DNA of 63,991 bases, filler included, from Conidiobolus incongruus B7586 (lineage: Eukaryota), in NCBI GenBank assembly GCA_000697335.1. It is 11 parts of 11 records of this genome, joined end to end, with 100 filler letters (N's around TTAATTAATTAA, not from the genome) between each part and the next. Parts side by side here need not be neighbours in the genome. Positions count along the whole stretch, not along the records: positions 31,465 to 48,287 come from JNEM01006552.1; positions 48,388 to 56,542 come from JNEM01006561.1; 9 more parts are not named here. One strand, given 5' to 3'. Both the position numbers and the translations under genes were made by a program. This document shows, piece by piece, positions 38,279-53,471 of the stretch. The notes below the pieces were generated by a model. That model saw only the letters and a program-made list of their open reading frames with translations, was not told the DNA's origin and made no database searches. Each line of letters opens with the position of its first letter. Position 1 is the first letter of the stretch.

Positions 38279-38786
38279 AGTTATATTTCAATTATTTATA
38301 ACTTAATTAATACAATTCTTTTAAATATTAACATGAATATTAAGAAAAAAATGAAAAATTAATACAAAGAAAATTTATTTAATTTGAAATGGTTAAAGGA
38401 TATTCTTATGCATAAATTATGTATTACATTAAAACTTTGCCAATGACAACTATTATGCATATACACACAATTATTAATGAATTAGTTTCATCAGCTTATA
38501 TTAATGAATTAGAAATGAACAGGTTTAAACCACTATATTAAATCAGGTTTTATATGCATTTAACATATTTATACAATAAGTGATTGTAAATTCATTTTTT
38601 ATAGAAATAGTGAACAATTGATTTGTGTGATATTTATCATCAAACATTGTAAATATTAAATAAAGATTATTTTTAATTAAAATGAATTATAATATGAACT
38701 AATGATTAATTACAAATTTTGGGAAAACTAGATAATTAGAGAGGGTATTTTGATCAGGTTAGTTAGGTAATTTGGAATATGGCAAA

Positions 38787-41629
38787 TTATGACATATTAT
38801 TTAACCAACCTTCAACTTTGCAATCGTATTCGCTATCAATAAGGTGTTCAATGCCCCGGATCCAGTCCTGGATAATGATTTTGCAGTCACCACTCAAGAG
38901 ATCTTTGGATGCACTACCATAGCCATTAGGTGGAGATGGTGTCAGTCCAATAGCACTACTGCTCTTGAGCGTGAAGAATTTGGATTTTTCTTTAGTTGAT
39001 TTAAGTGTAGAAAACTTGGATTGTTCAGCTTCATCAACGCCAAGCTTTTTACCAAGGACTTTACTGAGACTTCCGCTGACATTAGCACTTGATAGCTTAG
39101 CATAACTTCGAACCATCAGCTGCAGAATGTATACCCAACTTGCGAGATCTTTTTCATGGGAACATTTCAACACATAGCGCCTGTTAGTCGTGTTCAACAC
39201 GAAACAGTCGGGATGGCGAACACCTTTTCTGGTGAGTAAGCTCACATCTAAGATCTCATCAATTCGAATGATCCACTTGGGTTTCTGATAATGCTGCACA
39301 AGAGAGCTCTTGGGAAGGGGGGTGGCAACAAGAGGGTGATTGAGATGTGGGGTCAGGGGTTGTCCAGGCTGGAAATAAGATCTCCAGTTTTCATTGATGT
39401 AGTCAGGGTCTTCTAGGTTGACTAGATCTCCAGCAGTGATTGGGATAACCTCAGGATTGAGGCAGATCAAATTCAAGCCATCAAATCGGAATTCACGCTG
39501 TTGCCATTGGCGATTTCTGCCCAATTTACTCAGTTGACCAATAATGATGGGAGTTGTCTTTTGCCAAATAGCAAAATAATTTCTATGTGGATTTATATGG
39601 AAATAGTTGGGCTGAGGTTTGGTGGGAGAGTAATTCATTAAGGTCTCAAAGATAATCTTTGAGTCAACTTTGCCAGAAGACTTTTGTTTAGAATGAGTGA
39701 TGGAAGAATGATTAGCGTCGGATGAGGGAGAATTGTCCCATAATGAAGACATAAATAAGCTGACGCTGTTTGGATCATCGAAATCTAGTTGAGTGGATGG
39801 ACAAACAGTTAAATCAGATTGAGGCGTTTGAGAGCGAGATTGCAGGATAGAAGTTGAATCCGTGACCAATGATGAGGCATTGGATGAAATAAGATCATGA
39901 GATGAAGCGGAAAATGGAAAAATAGAGTCGGTTGATGAAGGAGTTGAAGGAGGTGAGTCAGAATAGGAGGTGGTTGCAGTAGTCAATGAAGGAGAGCTGT
40001 GGTTAAATAAGTGGGATAAGTGAGATACGTCTGAAAAATCAAGCGTTGTTGAGGGACATGAGAAATAGGACTCGTCTTGCTGAGATGTTTGAATAGGTGG
40101 AGGTGTGGTAGTAAAAGTGGAATTGTTATTGGCTCTAGAATTGGCATTGTCATTTTTGCCGGTTTTTTGAGAGGAAGTGGAGTTTGTACCACTGGATTGT
40201 GAAGAATTGCTTGAGCTAAAAAATGAACTAGAGCCAAACCAATCTTTAAGCAAATCGTCTGCGTCGGTCGACTGGTATGATGACTTTGTAGTACTATCGA
40301 ATGTTGCAGAGCGCTTGTTCTCAGTGTCTTTTGTATTGAGTTTCTGGACTGAAGTCGTTGTATTAGCCTTGACAGGTTTTTCTTTTTTGGGCTTAGCAAC
40401 AGGAACCAATGAATTTGATTTATCATCCAATTTTGGAGTAGCATCGGGATTATGTGGTAAAGGAGGCAAGCTTAATTTAATTGGATTAGGGTTATCAAGT
40501 GTACCGGGTTTGCTACTGTGAAAATGAATTAATAATGAAACATTCTAAGCAATGCTATGACTTACCTCAAGGTAGATGGTGATATTCTAGAATGATTTTT
40601 GATGAGCTTGGGTCGATTAAGTATAAGAGGTTTAGATGTTTCTGGAGATTGGTTCTCATCAAAGCCCTTTTCTGCAGAATCGTTGTTATCAGTAGAATCA
40701 GTGGGTTCTGACTGAGATTCAGATTCAGTATTTTCATTGATGGGTTTTCTGGATCGGTAGCCTCTCTTTTGTGGAGTAGGAAATACATTTTGAGGGTTGG
40801 ATGAGTTATTTGAAGCTGCAGGAGCAGGGGCAATGGCATTCCTTTGTTTTTTCTTTAGAGTCATTAAATTTAACAATGGTTGATTTGGATTGCCTTCGCC
40901 CTTTGTATATACAGGATCCAAGCGTATTGGTTCCATTGTTAATGGATTAACTACCAGTTTCACATTAGTCAATCGATTCAAAAATCCATAATTGGTGATG
41001 CGTTCTCCTTTCATATATCTTTGTACAAGCTTAAAGCGAATGTCTAATTCCATTAAAGTAAACTTGCGAGGAAATTTACGGGTAAATTGAGGTGGGCGAT
41101 GATGTATAGCATTTTGCCTTTGATTGGTACGGATTTTATAAAGCTCAGCTGTAGGTTCTTCTGCTACAACATCAGAAACATTGTGGACAAATTTATCATC
41201 AGTAATTGGTAAGGCCGGGGGTGGAGGAGGAGGAGGAGGAGTAGGTGTACATACAGAGTTGAAAAATGGCTGAGTCCAATTAGTTTGTGATTTTGATGAT
41301 AAATATTTGGAGAGAGTGGGCTGACTGCTGTATGGTCCGTCGATGATATTTGACACTAAAAGATGTTCAATATCATAAGTGGAATTACCTCCATTGCGGA
41401 ATAAATGGTTGATTGGGAGGTTATCTTCTCTATTTTCTGCAGATGGAGTTTTTTGGTGATTTTTTCTTTGGTAGGCTATGGGTGGTGGTGGTATTTTATG
41501 ATTTTGAGGAACTTTATGATTTCTATGAAGGGGAGATTTTATTTTTTCTTCATTACGAAGTGGAGAAGGACGAGTAGGTATGTTTCGAGAAGTGGTAGAT
41601 AAATCTGGATTTTGCTGAACCGACAACAT
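38787..41629 (-). CDS. Large Ser/Pro-rich protein with C-terminal PH domain, 2 exons, ~930 aa
   Basis: ORFs 41629-40566 and 40515-38787 join in frame across a 50-nt GTAAG...CAG intron. PH signature: GQLSKLGRNRQWQQREFRFDG...FVLNTTNRRYVLKCSHEKDLASWVYIL. Confidence 0.85.
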
Positions 41630-44600
41630 AAGCTCTGCGAACTGAAAGAGATATAAGAAGAAAAAATTAATTCAATTATTCTGATGATTAGAAGATAGAA
41701 ATAAAAATCGAAGTAACACTGGGGCTAAACAAAAGGATCAAATTAAAACAACTAGATCTATAGGATCCTTGTAAATTATTGAATAAATGATAGTTAGTAC
41801 GATGGAGAGTTAATGGTTTAATAAAGAAAGGATTAAGTAGAAAATGGTTCTGAGTGTAAACTATAAACTAGATTAAACCTAACCTCTAACTGAATAATTC
41901 TCACAATTTATCAATTGGATTAATGTTTGAGAACTTTAGCAGTATGCTTGTGCTTTAGAATATTGAATATAACTAAGCACCAAAGATAAAACAGATATGA
42001 GAAAGTTCTAGAGATTAATTAAAGAGAGAGGAGAGCAAACCGAATCAAGTGGAAAGTGGCATGTATTTATGTATTTATTGGCAAGCTTTGTTAAATATCA
42101 ATTCCCCCTCTTCCCCCTTTTAGAAAACTCCTCAACTGAAATTGATGAATTTGAAATGTATTCCGAGAAATAAGTTCATGAGATACATTACGCCTAATAA
42201 TCAATTCAAAATATTAGGCTATACCTCTCAATTACATCGCTGAATGCTTTGATTTGATTGGACAATCTTTTTAAATCAGAACTGTAATTTCTTCAAAATC
42301 AGTTAAATCAGATTTTTGAGGCATTAAATAAAGTTTAGACGTTCATAAGTACAGTAATGTTTTGATATCTATCTCCAAATAGCCGTTAGCTTCAAATTAG
42401 TTGCTTATTTCAATTGTTTATTTTGATCTATTTCTGAATTGAGCAGTGTTAATATCCTTTTCGTTAGCTTCAAGTCTAATTACTCCAACACAGGAGATGA
42501 TTGGCCCTTTGATCTTTTAATAAAATACAAGGGTTCAATCCATTCCATTTACATCTTTTAACCCCACTCTTAAAGCCACAAATCTCCAAAATGCAATCTC
42601 CAACTTCTTACTCAACTCACCTTGAACCCCCTCCTTTATATTAAATTCATTACAAAATCATCAATCAACTAATATAATTATGCAATTAAAAACGCTATTT
42701 AAGTTATAATTAAACATTAATATGTTATTTAAACCAAACTACAAATCAACTGAAATTTATTCATATCCAAATTATTATTATTATTATTATTTTGATGATA
42801 ATATTGTAATATGAGATTTAACAGTATGTGATTTGACACTTGACTAGCAAATATTTCGCTTAAAACTTATGCAATGATTTTGATAATCGTTGTTGATTCA
42901 GATTTAACTAATTTCAATTATAAAAATAAAAAGTATACAGCCTAAATCAAAATTATAGCCTATATTATATTCATAATATATATATGTTTATCAAATTATT
43001 ATACTGTAATTGATATTATTTGCATTTGATATTAAATGGTTGTTAAAGATATACTTCATTGATTTTTCAACAATTGGGGTTTGTATTCATCACAATTTTT
43101 CATTCCACAATAATGTCTCATTATTTTTCAATTTGTAATCTGAATTTTGAAGAAAATTAATCAAATTTAATTCAATTATTTGAGACAAGAAAATTAAATT
43201 CACAGTCAAATACAGATAAAAAAATTGTTTATTAAAATAATGAGGAAATTGCTATCACTAAATAATATTTTCAAGCTTTGATTAAATTTAAATTTATATC
43301 AATGTAACATAAATATATATATTTAGACTATTTTTATTCTAATACACAACAATTGAATTGAGTTATTAGATAATAGTCAGATTTGTGATTTAATATTGAT
43401 TTAATATTGATCTAATATGATCTATCATTCTAATAATATTTATCTACAATTAAAACCGAGTTTTTCCTAAATCACTCTGATTTATTTCATAATTATTATC
43501 AACAACTTAGTTGTGCATTATTATTTTTGATACTAATATTTGTTTAATATTCTTAGCTAATCAATAATAATAAAACTTGAAATTTATATAAATAATCTTG
43601 TGAATATATTTTTAAATTAAGGCCTTTAAAACATTATTATAGTTTCTCTATGGGTATTATGGATGTTGTAATGTGAGAATCAATGGCTATTATTTTTACC
43701 TAATAGTAGGTAGCTGTATTTGAAGGTTTATTGACTAAAGTGGAGTTTGAAATAAGCATTGGATTTAGTCATTAAGATAATCAATATTACAATATGTGTT
43801 GTAAGTAATGTTCAATTAAGGTAAAGCCTCCTAATAGAATAGAAACTCAAGGTTAAAAATGGTGTCAAAGGTAGCACTTTGCGATTTCACAATATCAACA
43901 AATGTTTTCAGACAGTTTTATAAAATAACTTTGGTTGCATCAGTGCCTACAATTTATATTTGGGCTATCAAATTGTAATATAATTTTCAACTATGAAAGT
44001 GATACAAATATGATTAAGTATTTTGTATATAGTTTTACTTTAATATATTTGCCCAAGTATGAATGGTAGGGACAAGTAAATGTTTTCATTAGTATAAATT
44101 TCTTTACTAATACATTGATTTTGTTATTATTCGTCATTTTAGTAAAAAATAACTGAATCTTTTGTTCGAAATGGATAATACTTATTAATTTTTTTATTAA
44201 TTACATATTCAAACTTCAAAAATTTAGATTTTTTATCATATTAAAATGTTTGTTTGATTCTGGCAAATTATGACACCATAACTTGGTTTTATAACCTTGT
44301 GAGGATGTATGTACATATTTAAAATATGATAAGAGTTCGCTTAAATATTTTTGCAATCTATTTAAAAATTAATATTACAGGAAAGAATCAACTAAGTTAA
44401 TATATAATTTTGGATATTGAATTTAGGATAAATTACTCTGCCATTAAATTGTGAATTTTGTAAAATATTTGAAATTGAATAATGATAAAGGTTAATTGAA
44501 GTTTTCAAATTTTAAAACTATTACTAGGCTAGTTTCTTGATTTAATTTTTGTATTTTAATGATATATAGGAAAGAAGTAACTCTAAAATTTCCATTTTTA

Positions 44601-46284
44601 TACCTCTGTTTTTCGAATACTTTAGAACAATGATAAGATATTGATTATATCAAAAAATTATAATTAGCATTAACTTTATTTGAGTACTATGTGCATGCAT
44701 TAAATAACATGACTCGATTATATTTGAGTTTATTTATTGACTAAATTGTAAAAATATGTTATTTACTATACATACAATTGCTCAATATATATTACTTTTA
44801 TAATTTTAGTTTTGATTGAAAATATAAATACATTTGATATTATTTCAATATAAAAAATTGTATAAAATTAAGAATCATATTATAAATACATTCTCTTTTC
44901 AAGGCTTGGGTTATGGTCATAATTTTATATAAATGCATATTCGAAATTTAGATACACAGTTTATTTTTGAAATGAATATTAAAAAAGTGAAAATTCACCT
45001 AAGCTTTTTAAAAGTGCAATTTCATAACAATTTTGATATATTTTTATCTTTGTATTAATTTTGGAAAAAAAAACATTTCTACTTTATTCAACTTTGAATC
45101 TAAAATGTTTTATTATATCAAAGTTAATTTTTTTAAAGTTCATTTATTGATTTAATATAATACATTAATAAAGTGACTGACTACCATGAAAAAATAACTC
45201 ACTTCTCCTATATCACTTTCAAAGCATTATTGTTCAGCAAAATGAATAAGGTATTTGATGATACATTTTTGGATAACAAAAATCATTGCGAATATACTTG
45301 TAATAAAATTCAAGATATTTTTTGCTGTTCAATTATTAAAGTACCAAATTTTAGTCAATATATTATTATCTACTCTCTGATTAATTTAAATTTTGAAAAC
45401 ATGTGAATTCATAAATTGTAAATGAATCACAAATTGTACTTAAATAGTACCCAAATTTTCAGCAATTTGTATTTTATGTTTTGCATAGATATTATTGTAA
45501 AGAGTATCCATACATTATTTTAAAATAAACTTTTGCAAAGTTGAAATTATTTAGTTTATTATTTATCACCATATTCGGTTTTGAATCTTTTAGTTTCTTA
45601 ATACAGGTATAGCATCTCTCAAAACAATAAATAAAATGATATTCTTTACTTTGATTCCTTTTGGAGAAATACTCAAGACCAAATTTAGAAAACTGATTGA
45701 TAATAGCATATGAAATAATATAATCCAGTAATTAATTTCAAAATATAATAAATAATAATATAAGATATATACATTGATATTGGAATTCTGTTTTCTATCT
45801 AAAATCTTACTGCTTAAACTTTCAGTATATTTTGTTATTAAAAATAAAATTCAAAGAGAACGAAAAGATATTTTTGTATTGAGTGCTAAATATGAAAAGA
45901 TAATGATTCTATTTGATACTGATGTTTAATTTTAAATATATATATATATATATATATCATATTATTTTAAATTGATATATCAAAAATAATTAATCAACTT
46001 TGCATTGATTTTAACAAAATTAATGAATGAAATATAATTTTAAAAAATTATTGAGTTCAACCAATCAAATTGAAGGAATATTGAATAAATTTTAAGGTTG
46101 ATGAACGAAATGAAAACTTGTGATTGGATATATAAAGTCAAAAGTTGGAGTGACATACTTAGTTGTAATAATATTGATTGAATTAGAATCCTTTTATTGT
46201 TCAACTCTTTGATCATTTTCCATTATTAAACATCAATCAATACATTACTAAAACTTTGGATCATAAATATTAATTTTTAAAAAA

Positions 46285-47788
46285 ATGCAATTACAAGACG
46301 CTAACGATAAAAATGTTGAATTATGGAAGATTAAGAAGTTAATCAAAACTTTGCAATCAGCCCGTGGGTATGCTTAATTTATTATAAATAATATAAAAAA
46401 CAAACTTAATTCACTAATCATATACTAGTAACGGTACTTCTATGATTTCTTTGATTATTCCTCCCAAAGATCAAATTTCTCGAGTCTCTAAAATGTTAGC
46501 TGAAGAATATGGTACAGCATCAAATATTAAATCTCGTGTTAATCGTCTTTCTGTTCAATCTGCCATTACTTCCACTCAACAAAGATTGAAGCTTTATAAC
46601 AAGGGTAATATTAAAGATTTTATTAAAGATTTATCATCAATACTAATTTATGTGATTTATAGTTCCTGAAAATGGCTTAGTTGTTTACTGTGGTACCGTT
46701 ATCAATGAAGAAGGCAAAGAAAAGAAAATGAACATTGATTTTGAACCTTTCAAACCCATCAATACTTCATTGTATTTATGTGACAATAAATTCCATACTG
46801 AGGCCTTATCCGAATTACTTGAATCTGATTCTAAATTCGGTTTCATTGTTATGGACGGTAATGGTACTTTGTTTGGTACTTTATCTGGAAATACTAGAGA
46901 GGTAATTCATAAAATTACTGTAGATTTACCCAAAAAGCACGGTAAGTTTCTCATCCTATTTTCTTTTCACTAATACCTCATTCTTATATATTCATTTTTT
47001 TCAAAAGCTAACATATTTAAATTTGAAATACAGGTCGAGGTGGTCAGTCCGCTGTACGTTTCTCCCGTTTAAGAGAAGAAAAGAGACACAATTACGTTTC
47101 TAAAGTCGCTGAGTTGGCTACTCAATTCTTCATTACCGACGATGCCCCTAATGTTTCTGGTCTTATTCTTGCTGGTTCAGCCGATTTTAAGACTGTTTTG
47201 GGACAATCTAGCATGTTTGATGCTCGTCTTCAGCCCAAGGTTTTAAAGGTTGTTGATGTTTCTTATGGTGGTGAAAACGGTTTCAATCAAGCTATTGAAC
47301 TCTCCGCTGAAGTATTGTCCAATGTTAAATTTATTCAAGAAAAGAATTTGATCACCAAATACTTTGACCAAATTTCTCAAGAGACTGGTAAATACTGCTT
47401 CGGTATTGATGATACTTTGAAGGCTTTAGACATGGGTGCTGTTGAAACTCTCATTGTTTGGGAAAATTTGGAAATTAACCGCTATGTTGTCAAGACCTCT
47501 TCCGGAGCTGAAGATGTCTTGCACTTGAACAAGGAACAAGAAAAGAATCGCGACTTTTTCCTTGACAAGGAAACTGGCCAAGAGATGGAAGTTGTCGAAT
47601 GCAAGTCCTTATTAGAATGGTTTGCTGAAAACTATCGTCAATTTGGTGCTACTTTAGAATTCGTCACTAACCGTTCTTCTGAAGGTGCTCAATTTGTCAA
47701 GGGCTTTGGTGGTATTGGTGGTTTGTTAAGATACAAGGTTGACTTCGATGCTATGCTTTACGATTCTGATGAATACTTTTCAGACTAA
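46285..47788 (+). CDS. SUP45: Eukaryotic peptide chain release factor eRF1, 4 exons, 430 aa
   Basis: Exons 46285-46367, 46429-46604, 46663-46941 and 47034-47788. Motifs [24 protein letters not shown] and [11 protein letters not shown] are present. Confidence 0.98.
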
Positions 47789-50700
47789 GCAGATTAGTCA
47801 TAAAATTTTCATGTTTAATAGATTTAGGTCTCATTTTTAATAGTTTATATATTAATTTGGATTTATTTTTAAAATTTTTGAATGTTCAATATTTGATTTC
47901 AACATTTATATTTAATTTTTTAATAGTAATTGTTCATCAAATATAGTGAATATCATTCATCTTTCATTCAATATTTTCAGACCAAGAATTATTACTAAGA
48001 TTTATTCGATTAATTTTAAAAAATATTTTCTTTTCCATTTAATAGATTATTTTATAAATTGGATTTGGTTTCTTATGAATATCTTTATTTGATATTTAAT
48101 TACAATATTGAATTGATTACTTTACAATATACATTTCCTAAAATTCATTTAGAATTATTTATCAGTCAATAAGAATTCAATATATATATATATATATATA
48201 TATATAAGAAGCTATTTAAATTAGTTTTATAATGTTTTCATTCCAAATTATTAATTAAATCATTTTTTAATTTATTATAAAATATAANNNNNNNNNNNNN
48301 NNNNNNNNNNNNNNNNNNNNNNNNNNNNNNNTTAATTAATTAANNNNNNNNNNNNNNNNNNNNNNNNNNNNNNNNNNNNNNNNNNNNAAATTTAAATTAT
48401 TATATTTTAGCAAAAGAAAAGATATAATATTTTATTATAGCTAATAAAACAATAGTTAATATATTATTTAACCAATAGTATGATATATATATATTGAACC
48501 AACAAAATTGATTATTCTTTGATTATAATACTTATTTTAATTAAAAATATACATCTATATAATTGAATATACAATCTTTAAAATACATTTTTTATTTAAA
48601 AATATATTGATTAAAGTTGAGGTTTAATAATACGCTAGTTATAACTATTTATTTTATTTTAATTAATTATATTGTTTTTATATTAATATGAAATATAAAA
48701 TTTTAGATCATTGTACATAATTTGGTATTTGAAATAATAATTATAAATTTATATACTAGATTAAAAAAATTGATATTTTTATAAATCATGGTCAAATAAA
48801 TTAATATTTTCACTTGAGTGAATATTATCCATTATATATAATGTACTATTACAAACCAATTCCATTCATCAAGCCATAATTTAAATTTCTCATAGGCCGA
48901 TTATCAAGAATATATTCAATAACTTCAATTTAGTTAATTCTTTATACAATTAGATTATTGTTAAACGAAAATGCATACTCTCAAAAAAATTAACCTGTAT
49001 TGGATAATAGTATTTTAAAATAATCATTATATGAGATCAAAGTATTTTGATAAAAATTTTTTATGCAAGTAGTGTAAATTTTTACAAATTAATAATATTT
49101 TATCAACAAAATAAACACCATCAATTATGCTAAATATATTGAATAATAATCAACTATTGGGGTAATTATCACTATTTCCAACTATTTTAATTTTGAATTG
49201 GTTTATTTTAATTCAATTAATTCAATTTTAGATTTTGTAGTCAATCTATTATATAAGTTAGCTTAAATAATTTAATAATATTACATTATTAATAATATTG
49301 ATTGCTTAGAATAATGGATTTATATTTTGTTTATAATAGCCACTGTGACATAATATTTAGCATACAGTAATTGGTAACTATATAATATCACTGGACTTAC
49401 ACAATTATTCAAAATGAATATTAAAATAAAAGAAAATCTTTCAGATTTAAATCGAAAACATAGGGAATTTAAATACTGATATTAAAAGATTCATAGATTA
49501 TTATTCTGATAGTTATGGTATAAAATTATTTAAAATGATTAATCTAAATAACTATCGAATATTATCTTATTAAATACTATTATCATTATAAAATTAAACT
49601 AATAAAATATAAAATAACAAATTAATTATCTTCTATAATATAACTATTAATTAAAATTTTAGATGGTTTTAATATAATCTAGTCTCAAATTTAAGTTAAT
49701 AACAATTCAATTTAAATCCACTTAAAATAAAACAATAACAATCTGTAAAACAATTGGCATGATTATAATAAATGCAATTTAATTGAATTAGCTTGAAATC
49801 GATTGCATTTGGCATAAATTAATATATTTCAAAAAAATTTATTAGATTAAAAAAGTGAATTTGTTAGATGCAGCAGATAATATATATTAAAACATTAAAG
49901 AATCCTAAAATTATTTGTTAATTAATATAGGATTTTATTAGCTGGTTTAATTGATTTTAGACTAGTGTATTTCAAAGTATTATAATATCAAATTTATTTT
50001 GAATAGTATAGCAATATATGAATTTATATCATTTATATTTTAGTCAACTATTTTATATATATTTAAATTTATTAATACCACTATGATTTTATCTTATAGA
50101 CTTTTTTTAATAATCTATATAAATAACGTGATACTTTGATAAAATTGAAAAAATAGGTATATATAGTATAATATTCCAAATTTAATTTATTTTAAAAATA
50201 TATAAAATTATTATATTAAAATAAAGTAATAATATTTCACAGGAGATATAAAATTTATATTTTATATATTAATATATTTTAAAAAAACCTTGTATAAAAA
50301 AATATAATATAAATATAATGATATAATATATTATAAATTTATTAAATATTTTTATTTTATAATTTTAGTAAAAATTTTAAAATTAATACTAATAAAAACC
50401 ACAATTATAATATTCATCACCAAAATATTGAAAATTTGATATCAAAATATCATTAATTAAATTTTTTTTAAAATTTATCTAATTTAATAATATTATAAAT
50501 ATAAATATTAATCACATTTCAAATGGTTCAATGATCATGTTTTAATCATAGATTGATTTTAAAACTGAATTTTGCTAAGATTTGATAAGTTAAATAAATT
50601 ACAATTATTAATTTAAGGATATTGGTAACTATATAAATACTTATTTGTGAAAAGGCTCGAATCTAAGAATATGATATATAATATTTGATATTAGAATATA

Positions 50701-52790
50701 TATAATCAATTTAAACAATGATAGGAAATACCACGTTTTGAATATAACAATATAAATTCAAATTTCAAATTGACAATATTGAATTCAATGAAGAATTGAA
50801 TTTGAATTAATATTAGTTTAAATAGAATATATTAACCGTAAAGGAATTTAATATATTAATTTATATATACTTTAGTTTTCAAATTTTTTTATTATATATA
50901 TATTTTATATATCTAATATGAATCTAATAAAGTTAAAAACTTATGGAATTATGAAATTTAAATTAGCTTTAATATTATAAATTAAATTGAAATTAATTAA
51001 AAATAATTGAATATTATAAAAATCATACATAATACTTTAAATAAAATATATTCAGATATTGAAAACATAATGATCTAATATTCCCTAAATACAAAATTAT
51101 ACTAATGAAACTATTCTAATCGAATATTAGGCGAATTGAAGTTTTGGCTAGTGAAACCCTGTGTTATCTAGTATAAACTATATGTCCCTGGGAAGGTCTA
51201 TAATATCAGATAAAGTACAAGAGGAGCAGATAATTCATATGACTAGATTCATCGATTCAAGACAATGCTGTTTATAATATCTAAAATATTTATATAAATA
51301 TATTTTAAACTTTAGGTAATCTTGTATAACTCATTAGAACTTTTAAATTTGATTAGTAATAAATACCAAATTGTAAATTATTAGCGAACTCACTCCAGTT
51401 TTAATTTTAATTGTGGGGAAATGTTTACCAAATAGCGTATAATTATCAATATAAAATATAAAAGAAATTGATTAATACTTCTCAGTAAAAAAGAATTCAA
51501 TTCAATGACTCAAACTCAAGTCAATCTCTATTATGAATCGGTATTCTAAGTTAAAAGAATGATACTCATGAAACTGTATTTATTAAATCATAATGCATAA
51601 AAGACTGTAACTGAAAATGAGTTTTTATTAATTTTGCACTGAATTGGAAAATATTTTATTTTATTATATAATAAAAAAAATCTTTAAAAGTTTATTTTTT
51701 TTATTTTTTTAATGTGAAATACAAAGATAAAACCCCCAATTCGAAAATCTTTAAAGTTGATCAGATATAAAACATCGATTGGTGTTGACAAATATTAAGT
51801 TTGGTCAATAAAATAATATCGAGTACTGAATATAAATTTATGATTTGAACAACACAAAATGTAATGTGCTCGTGGTATTCACAATTTATTACACAGTAAA
51901 GCTAGTCGAACGAATCAAAGATTTTATTGAATAAATTAAAAGAATAATTAATACGTAATAGTTAAATTATACCAAATAGAGTAATATAAATCTCACTTTA
52001 TCACCAAATAAAATAAAGGATGATTCAAAATATTTTAAAAAGAATATTAAAATTTGAGTCCATTAAACAAATCAAAGTTCCAGTAGAATTTTTGATCTTC
52101 AATTGATAATGGTAAGGGATTAAATGCTTAGAATTGAGGTGATGAAAGTATAATTGCATTGGTCTTTAAAATGGATTCCAATAACTTTTAATATTGATTT
52201 TATCCCAGTTTATTACCAATTCGAAGTTCAGTAATAAAACCTGTTCTATTATGAATAAATTTACTACCACGCTCTCTGTTATAAAAGTTATTTTATTTGA
52301 TTTAGTTTAAAACCAAAAATAAATGCAACTAATTTGAATATTTATCAGTACTTGCTTTTTTAAAAAAAAAATCTATAATATAGAACTAATATTTTACATT
52401 TTTAACGAATTAACAGATAATTCATTGCAAATTGAACTGATTTAATAGATGAAATTCATCAACTATGTTAATTAGAATATTCCTTAAATTTAGTAATAGT
52501 GTATTGTAAAGTAAAGGAAACAAAATGTATTAATTCAATTAAAACTTCTAAATTGAATTTAAGGGGTAAAACTTGGTTTCAATTTTAAATAATAACAAAA
52601 TTGAATTATTGATACAAAAAATGCTCTAAATTCATATATATACTCATGCTTAGTACTCACTTGATTAATTTTTTATTGTTTTACAGCATTCAGTTAGAAT
52701 TTGCTATTGCATAATTTTAATAGTATTAGAGTTTGTTTTATACTAGGATTGTTTAAATTCTATTTTCTTCTGTGTTTTTCTCAATTTGGT

Positions 52791-53471
52791 ATGGAAAGTA
52801 ATAATCATATACCTCAAAAGAGAACTTGGTCGGATATTGCTTTAGCTCCGATCGTTGTTCCTTCTGAAAACACTCATCCTATGAAAATAATATCCCCTGT
52901 AGAAGATTTTGACACTACTCCTTTCTCACCTAAGCCTCTCACCTTTGCTAATCCAGTTAATCCTTTCATAAATAATGATAAAGAACCACAAAATATAAAG
53001 CCTTTGAACCAAGTACTCTCTAGCCTGTTTGGACCCGAAGGCATGCCGCCACCTGATAGGAGATACTCCATGCCAGCTATTACTCAACCCCAGATTGGAA
53101 GACGAGGATCGGGAGTATGGGGCACAAATCCAGAGGACTACTCTTTATCACCATTTAGGCGAGCAAGCTTGGGGGCCACAGTCCATAATATATCATCATA
53201 CCCATCTCCCTACTATCCCACATGGTATGCACCAAGACCAACTGTCACATTTAATAAACGGCCGCGACGCAGTCACCACGAAGTAATGCGTATTTTCGCA
53301 TGCAATTGGCCCGGATGTGACAAAGCTTACGGAATGCTCAACCATCTAAACTCACACATCCGCAACAAAGGTCACGGGCCGCGAAGACTTCCGGAGGAGT
53401 TTAATATACCGAAAGACATACAAAACGCTAACAAAGATGAATTTCCAGGCTCTAGAAGGAAAACATTATAA
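52791..53471 (+). CDS. Con7-like single C2H2 zinc-finger transcription factor
   Basis: KRPRRSHHEVMRIFACNWPGCDKAYGMLNHLNSHIRNKGHGPRRLPEEF matches the fungal Con7-type pattern RPRRxxxExxRxYxCxWxGCxKAYGxLNHLNxH...HG...PEEF. First ATG is at 52791. Confidence 0.85.
   Translation: MESNNHIPQKRTWSDIALAPIVVPSENTHPMKIISPVEDFDTTPFSPKPLTFANPVNPFINNDKEPQNIKPLNQVLSSLFGPEGMPPPDRRYSMPAITQPQIGRRGSGVWGTNPEDYSLSPFRRASLGATVHNISSYPSPYYPTWYAPRPTVTFNKRPRRSHHEVMRIFACNWPGCDKAYGMLNHLNSHIRNKGHGPRRLPEEFNIPKDIQNANKDEFPGSRRKTL

Noticed and set aside
46500..46600. eRF1 has VQSAITS where VL(G/S)AITS is usual, hinting at a variant genetic code
   Set aside because: GTS, NIKS and YxCxxxF are intact, and genes in this window end at TAA, TAG and TGA. 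In-frame stops occur only in elements that also have frameshifts.
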